Virus record (IMG/VR): IMGVR_UViG_3300044949_001245
Location: 24,604 to 88,603 of that record
Strand: one strand, 5' to 3'
DNA: 64,000 bases
Origin: a virus
Part shown: positions 57,034-64,000 of the stretch, piece by piece
How the letters are laid out: every line of letters begins with the position of its first letter
How positions within the stretch are numbered: the first letter of the stretch is position 1
The notes under the pieces: model-generated
The model's input: the letters and a program-made list of their open reading frames with translations, nothing else
Told to the model about the DNA's origin: nothing
The model's database searches: none
Translations under genes and position numbers: made by a program

Positions 57034-60000
57034 TTAATGCTATTAACTTTGATTGCTTCGTGAGCCAAAGGTGATTATTGCCTGAACCTTTAGCATGCTT
57101 ACTTTTCTGATACTTGTTAGAAAGTGCGTATCCATTTACAGCAAACAGTAATTTCTTTTCACTTAAATGCTCAAAATCTTCACTAATGGTTTCCCAAAGG
57201 TCACCAAACACTCCTATAAATATCAATACATTATTGCTCTCAACTGTTATCACAACCCTGTAGTTTCCGTTTGCTTTAGTTCTGTAAACCTTTATTCCGT
57301 GGACTGACCCAGCTATGGTAAATGGCTTTCCATTCAACTCAGGTTTCCAAGGCTTTCCCTCTTTGAAGTCCATAGTTTCAAAATCCTTTGCAGTCACATA
57401 TGGGTACTTCTTCAGTTTGTTATCCTTTTTTCGTATCATCGGCAAAAAATCAACAAAACCAAACCCAGTCAACTCACGTTGCTTTATTGACCAAAACCAA
57501 TTACTATTCTCTACATCAGTATTGGGAAATCCCTCTATGTAATCACAATCGGTTATGGAGCAATGCTTTTTCAAAATATACATTCTCTGCTTAACTTCGG
57601 AAATCGGTGTGCCGGCATCGCCACCTATTTCATCAAATGCTCCCGCAATTATCAAGGCTTGAATTACTCTCTTATTCACCTTTGACTTTGGAACTCTTTT
57701 AATAAAATCTTCCAAATCAAAAAATTGTCCTCTCGCACTGCGTTCCTCTAGTATGTGCTGAACCGCAACTTGACCTACGTTTTTAATTTTAGTGAGTGAC
57801 CAGTATATTGAGTTGCTAGATGGGTCAGCGGTGAACTGAATATCCGACTTGTTGACATCAGGTTGTCGTACATTTATTCCTGAACCTATCTTTTCAATCT
57901 CAGAAAGTCTGTTTGGTATCTCAACTTTTTCATCAGCAAAGTTCAATGACGCTGTCCAAAACTCTAATGGATACATCACTTTCAAATACTGACACCAATA
58001 TCCCATAAGTGAGTAAGCAGCAGAGTGTGACCTGTTAAATCCATAGGCTGAGAACGCATTTAGCTTGTCCCAGATTGCCTCCGCTTCAGATTTTGGACAA
58101 CCATTTTCCATAGCACCATTCAAAAACTTTTCTTTAGCACTATTCATTTTCGCATGGTCGAACTTCTTTATTGCCGTTCTCAATTCATCCGCTTCAGCCA
58201 ATGTCAATTTACCTAGAACATTAACAGCTTGCATGATTTGCTCTTGGTAAATATACAATCCAAACGTATTTTCAGTCACGACCTCTAATTTGTAGTCATA
58301 CGCTGGTTCCAATTTACCATGTTTAATCTCAACAAATTTCTCGTGAGCCTTACTATCCATTGGACCAGGTCTGAATAACGCATTCATAGAAATCAAATCT
58401 TCAATTCCATCTGGTCGTACCTTTTTTGAGTAATTCTTCAATCCTGATGTTCCGAACTGAAACACATCCTCATTCCAACCCCTCTTAAAATACTTCATCA
58501 CTTCAGGCTTGTCCATGGGTATCTTATTCAGGTTCACTCTCTTTTCTTTGTTCTTGCGTATCTCGCTGAGAATGTACTTGAACTTATCAAGTTGGGCAAT
58601 CCCTAAAATATCCTCCTTTAGAAATCCAGCGGCATCAATGTATTTTCCCTCCCATTCAGATACAAGTTGACCATCCATCAACTTAACAGGCATCCAATCG
58701 TGTATTTTCATCGGCTTTCCGTTTGAATCCGTTTTTGGAACTATCAGAACAGCTGATGGGTGAATGGAGCCAGACCTTGGCTGACCCATCGGTGCCTTTA
58801 TCACTTCGCAAATATCTACATTACTTTGAACGAATTTTTTCAAACTTTGCTTCACTATCGCATAGCTGAAAATCTCTTTCCAATCAGGGTCATGTGAGTC
58901 TTCCAAATCCCTTGTAGCATCATTAACTTCCTGAAATGTCAATCCTTTTACTCTTGAGAAATCCTTTATGGCACTTTTTGGTTTCAACCTCGTGTACGTT
59001 CCGATGGAACAAACATAATCAAATCCATATTTCTCTTCAATGTAACGCTTCACATCTTGTCTTCTTGCGCCTTCAAAGTCCACATCTATATCGGGCAACG
59101 CATCGGCTGACTTCGCACGTTCCCCAGACACCCTAGCTTTATTCAAAAATCTCTCAAAAAGCAGCTTGTATTGGATTGGGTCAATCTCCGTTATTCCTAG
59201 TAAATAAGCAACCAAAGAACCGCCAGCAGAACCCCTAGCTGGCCCAACTAGAATGTCTTGCGACTTGGCCCACTCTATGATATCCCAAAGTATCAAAAAG
59301 TAATGAATAAATCCAGCCCCCTTTATTACACTATTTTCTTCATCCACTCTATCCAAATACTCAACTATCTTTGATTCATCGGCAAACTTGCTCAAAACTT
59401 TTTTCTTGAACCCGATGGCAATTAAATCATCATACAATTTCTCTGGGTCATCAACTTCAAATTTTGGCAACTTGTGGTTACCAGTATCCACTTGGTAGGT
59501 ACAAGCATCAGCGATGATTTTTGTATTCTCTGCGCCCTTCAATATCAAGTCAAACAATTTAGGATTTTTCTCAAAGTGTGGAACGAACTTATCAAAAAAA
59601 TCATCCACATCTTTGTAATACTGTTCTACGCTATATGGATGAGCTTTCCTATCTACTTTGTTCAAATACTCTTTCACTTTGTAATCGAACTTTTCAACAT
59701 AGTAAGTATCACTGATTAGAACAGGCTTCAAAAGTTTAGAAAAGTCATTCAAGTATGTGCCGATGTTCTTCAATATCTTCAAGTCATAACCATCATCGTC
59801 ATATTCCGAACAATCTATTTGATAAAATAAATCTTCACCAAAACATCTTTTATACTTTTTAATGTACTTCAAGGCTGATGCTTTATCAGAAATCAATCGG
59901 TTGAAATACCCCTCTGTTGCGAATACACAAATCAATCCCTCTGTTCTTTCCAATAGCATTTCCTCTGGGATGAACCCCGCATAATCGACATTGACTAGCT

Positions 60001-60637
60001 TTGAAATGTTCAATAAATTCCTCCAACCGACTTCATCCTTGACGTACAGTTTCAAATCAAACAAATTTTGATTTTCTGAGCTGGCGTCATAGTCTATGGC
60101 TATGGAAATCGTAACTCCGTGTACACACCTCAATCCACCTTTCTTACAAGCCATCTGTAGCGGCAATGTTCCAGCAAGTGTATTTTTCTCACAAATGCCT
60201 ACCGCCCCATGTCTCATAAACTTCGCCTTTTGAACCCACTTCGATGGCTCACCACTTCCGTTCAATAATTCGTACCCAGTGTGAACTCCTAGATTGACAA
60301 ACCCTATGGATTCAAATTTTGATTGATACTCTCCTAGATTGACTAAATCATTGAATACAGGCTCATAAACCACATCACCTTGCTCATCCCTCTTTTCCTC
60401 CAACGTGGAATAATAAAATTTTGTACCCCACTTAAAAACCACATGATTCAAATCATCATCTTGGTATAGCAAATCATCTTCTTCATCCGTGAGTAAGAAC
60501 TCAAAATTTTCTCCTATCAACTTTCCATCAACCCCCTCTATGTAAAGCAACCGACCAAAAGATGGAATGTTTACAATATGCCCGGCAAATTTGTAAATCA
60601 GCCCTCTAGCATCTAACCATTCTTTTAATTCATTCAT
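57023..60637 (-). CDS. dnaE: DNA polymerase III alpha subunit (family C)
   Basis: PHP VHTGYELL, GPARGSAGGSLVAY, LFERFLN, PDIDVDF, RPGPM, YQEQIM, YGFNRSHS.AY. Confidence 0.95.
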   Translation of the reverse strand: MNELKEWLDARGLIYKFAGHIVNIPSFGRLLYIEGVDGKLIGENFEFLLTDEEDDLLYQDDDLNHVVFKWGTKFYYSTLEEKRDEQGDVVYEPVFNDLVNLGEYQSKFESIGFVNLGVHTGYELLNGSGEPSKWVQKAKFMRHGAVGICEKNTLAGTLPLQMACKKGGLRCVHGVTISIAIDYDASSENQNLFDLKLYVKDEVGWRNLLNISKLVNVDYAGFIPEEMLLERTEGLICVFATEGYFNRLISDKASALKYIKKYKRCFGEDLFYQIDCSEYDDDGYDLKILKNIGTYLNDFSKLLKPVLISDTYYVEKFDYKVKEYLNKVDRKAHPYSVEQYYKDVDDFFDKFVPHFEKNPKLFDLILKGAENTKIIADACTYQVDTGNHKLPKFEVDDPEKLYDDLIAIGFKKKVLSKFADESKIVEYLDRVDEENSVIKGAGFIHYFLILWDIIEWAKSQDILVGPARGSAGGSLVAYLLGITEIDPIQYKLLFERFLNKARVSGERAKSADALPDIDVDFEGARRQDVKRYIEEKYGFDYVCSIGTYTRLKPKSAIKDFSRVKGLTFQEVNDATRDLEDSHDPDWKEIFSYAIVKQSLKKFVQSNVDICEVIKAPMGQPRSGSIHPSAVLIVPKTDSNGKPMKIHDWMPVKLMDGQLVSEWEGKYIDAAGFLKEDILGIAQLDKFKYILSEIRKNKEKRVNLNKIPMDKPEVMKYFKRGWNEDVFQFGTSGLKNYSKKVRPDGIEDLISMNALFRPGPMDSKAHEKFVEIKHGKLEPAYDYKLEVVTENTFGLYIYQEQIMQAVNVLGKLTLAEADELRTAIKKFDHAKMNSAKEKFLNGAMENGCPKSEAEAIWDKLNAFSAYGFNRSHSAAYSLMGYWCQYLKVMYPLEFWTASLNFADEKVEIPNRLSEIEKIGSGINVRQPDVNKSDIQFTADPSSNSIYWSLTKIKNVGQVAVQHILEERSARGQFFDLEDFIKRVPKSKVNKRVIQALIIAGAFDEIGGDAGTPISEVKQRMYILKKHCSITDCDYIEGFPNTDVENSNWFWSIKQRELTGFGFVDFLPMIRKKDNKLKKYPYVTAKDFETMDFKEGKPWKPELNGKPFTIAGSVHGIKVYRTKANGNYRVVITVESNNVLIFIGVFGDLWETISEDFEHLSEKKLLFAVNGYALSNKYQKSKHAKGSGNNHLWLTKQSKLIALNDK

Positions 60638-61887
60638 AACTTTCCTATTGGTGACAAATACTCATTCCTTAACTCTGGACTTTTTATCCTAGCCACAAAG
60701 AAATTCGCAGCCAAAGCTAAAATATCCAGCGATGGATAGTATTGCCCCAAATCAGACAGCTCTTTAGTTTTTTGATACCTAAACTCATCTTTGGGGATGA
60801 TGCGTTTTTCATCATCATTTAACAATTCTTTGTAGTGGGTGTAAACTTCCAAGATATCATAAACCAAAGCCAAGTATTTTGAAAACTCAGTCAGCTCAGC
60901 GAAATCAGCATTACTCATCCTCTCCCCAGACTTGAGTGTGTTGATGATTAACTCCAGATATGAGTCAACCTCATGAAGCCTTGCTTCGATATTTTCCGAA
61001 CTGAATTTCATATCCATCCTAGCTGGAAAATAGTTATCATACAGGTCAGGCAACTCTGCTCCATTAGCAAACTGCGTGTGTTCATACATTCTCATAGCTA
61101 TGTCGTTGTCTGTATAGAAATGAAGACTTTGAGAATTATGAGTTTGAGTACCTAGTTGTATATCTAGTATGTTAGCCATTATCTCAGTTATGAAACTGAA
61201 CTGAAATACGTTTGTAGGCAACCCCCAATGTAAGTCATTACTCCTATTCGCTATGGTAGTGTGTAACTTCCCATTACGAATTTTCAAGAACACCATATCA
61301 TTACAAGGTATGTCTTTACTGTTCTTTGCTAAATCTAAATCAACATTCCAAATAGACATCACCGCACGTCTGTCGAAATGATTATTTTTTAACATCTTCA
61401 GGCACTCCAATACTTGGTCTGTTCCCTCCGACATCTGTTGTAAATAGTGTCCGTGATGCTCTGGTTGTACTATATCTAGTTTGAGCTCAAGTTGTAAACT
61501 TTTTTTGAAAGACTCAAAGTTGTAATTTGAATCCACTCCATAATGTCTCAATCGAAATCCGTATGGAGCATGAAAAACTTTTCCGTTGTCAGAAAATTCA
61601 CGCATCCTTTCGTTAAACATAGATAAAAATTCAACATCACGCTCACCTTTGAAAATCCAAATGGCTTCAGCCAACAAAAAGAAAATGTTAATATCACGAC
61701 CACAACCGCCCACGCAACGATGATATGGACTAGTCAATGTGGTCTTGAAATTTAGAATTTCTTTTGTGTGTCCATACCTACTATCAACTGACTCTCCGTT
61801 CTCAATAAGATATTTGTTTATCAAAGGATAAACCCCCGAAAATGCTTTGGTGACTACGCTGTCATTCACAATTAAATCTTTTCTCAT
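60634..61887 (-). CDS. thymidylate-synthase family, probable dUMP hydroxymethylase
   Basis: AEAIWI..G..D, FSDNG...APYG.RLR, DIPCN, RSNDLHWGLPTN (Asn at the dUMP-specificity position), SLHFY; 417 aa. Confidence 0.75.
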   Translation of the reverse strand: MRKDLIVNDSVVTKAFSGVYPLINKYLIENGESVDSRYGHTKEILNFKTTLTSPYHRCVGGCGRDINIFFLLAEAIWIFKGERDVEFLSMFNERMREFSDNGKVFHAPYGFRLRHYGVDSNYNFESFKKSLQLELKLDIVQPEHHGHYLQQMSEGTDQVLECLKMLKNNHFDRRAVMSIWNVDLDLAKNSKDIPCNDMVFLKIRNGKLHTTIANRSNDLHWGLPTNVFQFSFITEIMANILDIQLGTQTHNSQSLHFYTDNDIAMRMYEHTQFANGAELPDLYDNYFPARMDMKFSSENIEARLHEVDSYLELIINTLKSGERMSNADFAELTEFSKYLALVYDILEVYTHYKELLNDDEKRIIPKDEFRYQKTKELSDLGQYYPSLDILALAANFFVARIKSPELRNEYLSPIGKL

Positions 61888-61924
61888 TTTTCGCTTTTAT
61901 TAGTTTTTATTAAATAACTATGAT

Positions 61925-61952
61925 AAAAAAAGCCACCCATTACTGAGTGGCT
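61925..61952 (-). terminator. intrinsic terminator
   Basis: AGCCAC...GTGGCT followed by a T tract. Confidence 0.7.
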
Positions 61953-61984
61953 GTTTTTCTGCTTTTTTATTTTACCTCAAAACA

Positions 61985-62986
61985 TTATTTCGCAGACTTT
62001 TTACTAGCTTTCTTGGCAGGTGCCTGTGTTTCCTCTACTTCTTCAACATCCTTGGCTTTGGTTGTCTTACCAGCCTTGGTTGCTTTCTCCGCATTTTCTC
62101 GCTTTAACTCAGCCTCCATTTTTTCTCTGTTCTTTCCTAGCTTTTCATCTTTTTTAGACAGGCTGGACAGAACTTCGTTGAACGCTTTTTTATTTTTCTT
62201 CAGAGCAGCGGCAAGGTCAGTCACGCTCATTCCTACTACAAGGATGTTTCCAGACCATGATTTTTTAGTTTCGATATCATCCCCGAAAAGATTTTTCAAA
62301 ACTTCCTCATCCTTCACTGAAGACAAGTAAACACGACCTACAACTTCACCCTCTTTAGTCACCTTTGGACTATCGAATGACAAGAACACTTTTTTGCTAT
62401 TTTTTCCGCAGTACTTAACAGACACCCCTCCGTTCGCAATAAAGTTGAATTCAAATTCATCCCCCTCTAGTGCCGACTTCAGTGGAGCATATCTTTCAGC
62501 ATCCTCATCGTTCTGGAGTGGGTTCAACCTCTTACTAGGTTTCTTGTCAGCAGTTTGCTTGGCTTTCTTTTCGGCTTTCTTTTCTACTTTAGCCTGTTTC
62601 TTGTCGTTGGCTTTACTCTCATTTTTAGCCTTTTTCACGATGGGCTCATCATCTTCCTCCTCATCATCTTCCTCTTCATCGTCATCCTCTTCATCATCTT
62701 CCTCTTCATCGTTGTCCACATCGGTTTCTTCAACCTCATCATCTAACTCATCGGCAGCAGCATCCAATGCTTCCTCCGTGTCGTCATAGATGGCGTCAAC
62801 CATGTCATACAATTCTTGGAAAGACTCATCCTCGACATCATCAATGTCTTGTTTTTTAAGATAGTCAATCATCTTGGTTCGTGCCTCTTCCATAGTGGAA
62901 GCAGTGATACCAACTTTCGCTAAATCCTTAACCTGCGCAGGACTCAGTTTTTCGCTTTGGCTTTCGCCTTTCTTTTTTGTTGCCAT
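61985..62986 (-). CDS. hypothetical protein with long D/E tract and Lys/Ala-rich segments
   Basis: 333 aa; DDEEEDDEED repeats. Confidence 0.6.
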   Translation of the reverse strand: MATKKKGESQSEKLSPAQVKDLAKVGITASTMEEARTKMIDYLKKQDIDDVEDESFQELYDMVDAIYDDTEEALDAAADELDDEVEETDVDNDEEEDDEEDDDEEEDDEEEDDEPIVKKAKNESKANDKKQAKVEKKAEKKAKQTADKKPSKRLNPLQNDEDAERYAPLKSALEGDEFEFNFIANGGVSVKYCGKNSKKVFLSFDSPKVTKEGEVVGRVYLSSVKDEEVLKNLFGDDIETKKSWSGNILVVGMSVTDLAAALKKNKKAFNEVLSSLSKKDEKLGKNREKMEAELKRENAEKATKAGKTTKAKDVEEVEETQAPAKKASKKSAK

Positions 62987-63043
62987 TTTCTGTAATTTTT
63001 ACAATTTAACATTTAACATTGTACGAAGATAAACTTTGTAAAT

Positions 63044-63628
63044 TTAATCGCAATGGGTAACCACTTTGTAAATTTTTGCTTCTTCCAATAATTCTGGAAC
63101 CCACTTGCGCATTTTCTCAATATTGCGCTTTATACTATTTTTAGCACTTTTTCCGCTTTTATTGATTTTGTTGATTTTACTGATTGGAAATCCTTTTAGA
63201 TACAACATGAAAAACTTTTTCTCATCTTCTGGGACATCGTGAAGAATGTCGGTCAACCCGACCATCACACGCTTATTTCGGAAATCAACTTCCACATTGA
63301 AGTCCTCTTGTCCGTAATCGAACTCCAAGTCAGACATCGACATTGTTGCCGGCACCGCATTTATCTCCCGAATGAAATCTTTGACCTTGTTAATCATTAC
63401 TGTCTTCAAATAATACTTCAAGGGCACAGGCTTTCCATATCCTGTAGTCTTGTATTGCTTGTAGTTTCTCAGATAGGTTTCTATGGCTGTCCATAGCCTT
63501 ATCCGTAATTCTTGAACAATGTCATCCCTTTCCATCGAAATCTGATGCTCATTAAAAATCTTGCTGGCGTAATACTTCGCCAAGTGTTCGTTTTTCTCGT
63601 ACAGTCTGAGAATTTTGTCTTTTACCAT
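63044..63628 (-). CDS. phage sigma-70-like factor
   Basis: ERDDIVQELRIRLW.AIETY, Y.KT...NKVKDFIR, and region-4-like FMLYLKGF...KI. Confidence 0.65.
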   Translation of the reverse strand: MVKDKILRLYEKNEHLAKYYASKIFNEHQISMERDDIVQELRIRLWTAIETYLRNYKQYKTTGYGKPVPLKYYLKTVMINKVKDFIREINAVPATMSMSDLEFDYGQEDFNVEVDFRNKRVMVGLTDILHDVPEDEKKFFMLYLKGFPISKINKINKSGKSAKNSIKRNIEKMRKWVPELLEEAKIYKVVTHCD

Positions 63629-63764
63629 TTTAGAAATTGTTTTGAGGTGTATAAAAAGTTAGTGCCTCTTGGTCAGGTGTTCTGAATGGAGAGGCACTAA
63701 TATAGTGAAGAGTGAGTTCCGTTTTTAAGTACATTTCCATTTTCAAACAATCCATTTGGCACAG

Positions 63765-63795
63765 CTAAATTACTGTGTAAAAATGAAACGGCAAA
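63765..63795 (-). promoter_or_regulatory. Bacteroidota-type promoter for the sigma gene
   Basis: TTTG-N19-TAATTTAG. Confidence 0.6.
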
Positions 63796-63844
63796 ATTTT
63801 TCACCAAAAAGTTTTAACTTTTTTTTAACGACCTACTTACAACC

Positions 63845-64000
63845 CTATAATATCCTGGAAATCTGTGACAGAGCAGTTTGAACCATGTCGCCTGTATCTA
63901 GCTGAACGATGGCTGTTTTTTTGTCCAAATCGTACTTTTTCAACTTGACGCCCTCCCCCATATATGAAAAGTCAGCATCAATCTTGTAATAGAAATACCA
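63845..64000 (-). CDS. C-terminal fragment of a hypothetical protein
   Basis: Open frame WYFYYKIDADF...QISRIL* from the window edge. Confidence 0.5.
   Translation of the reverse strand, partial: WYFYYKIDADFSYMGEGVKLKKYDLDKKTAIVQLDTGDMVQTALSQISRIL

Larger units (their letters stand above)
5712..63354. repeat. dispersed 8-bp palindrome TGCCGGCA, 12 copies
   Basis: Starts at 5712, 18114, 23760, 33218, 36183, 36984, 38152, 43102, 44783, 52340, 57610, 63347. Confidence 0.85.

Noticed and set aside
31659-60637. Inteins or introns in TerL, helicase, RecA or DnaE
   Set aside because: Lengths and motif spacing are ordinary; no intein boundary or LAGLIDADG motifs noticed.
60634-61887. dCMP hydroxymethylase with T4-like glucosyl-hmC
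   Set aside because: The specificity residue is Asn (GLPTN), not Asp as in T4 gp42.
62640-62760. TCATCATCTTCC-type tandem repeats (also near 54420-54740)
   Set aside because: Explained by poly-Asp/Glu coding tracts.
1391-63496. All plus-strand ORFs in the track
   Set aside because: They lie antisense to convincing minus-strand genes and have the Ser/Phe/Leu-rich composition expected from reverse-complemented Glu/Lys/Asp codons; none has recognisable motifs.
1-64000. Stop-codon reassignment (alternative genetic code)
   Set aside because: Long conserved genes are intact in the standard code, and TAA, TAG and TGA all end genes at tight junctions.
1-64000. tRNA or rRNA genes
   Set aside because: Intergenic gaps are short and accounted for by promoters and terminators; no cloverleaf or T-loop signature noticed by eye (tRNAscan not run).

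Overview
A 64-kb segment of a large lytic tailed phage (myovirus). Essentially every real gene is on the minus strand. In transcription order (right to left): a sigma-like factor, then a replication/nucleotide module (thymidylate-synthase-family dUMP hydroxymethylase, DnaE-type polymerase, HD nucleotidase, DUF3310-like, UvsY/SSB-like, RecA, SbcCD, RuvC-like, second sigma-like factor, UvrD, RNase H). Next are blocks of small early genes interleaved with late genes (probable TerS, TerL, dUTPase, DEDD exonuclease, 5-hmdU DNA kinase-like). Then come the portal, Cys-rich structural proteins, a lysis cassette, MuF, a glycosyltransferase + PIG-L deacetylase pair, two probable virion-cargo enzymes (AAA ATPase; kinase + ADP-ribosyltransferase fusion), prohead protease/scaffold, a Herelleviridae-like major capsid protein, neck genes and the start of the tail sheath. 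TTTG-N19-TAnnTTT(G/A) promoters point to a Bacteroidota host. Best leads: (1) a candidate hmU hypermodification route using a glycosyltransferase and a deacetylase; (2) 12 copies of the palindrome TGCCGGCA in a sequence otherwise almost free of CCGG; (3) a set of probable injected cargo proteins marked by Lys|Ala/Gly/Ser sites, shared short modules and a late-promoter motif ACAGNTATTA. All family calls are by-eye motif recognition and all motif counts are manual; no searches were run.
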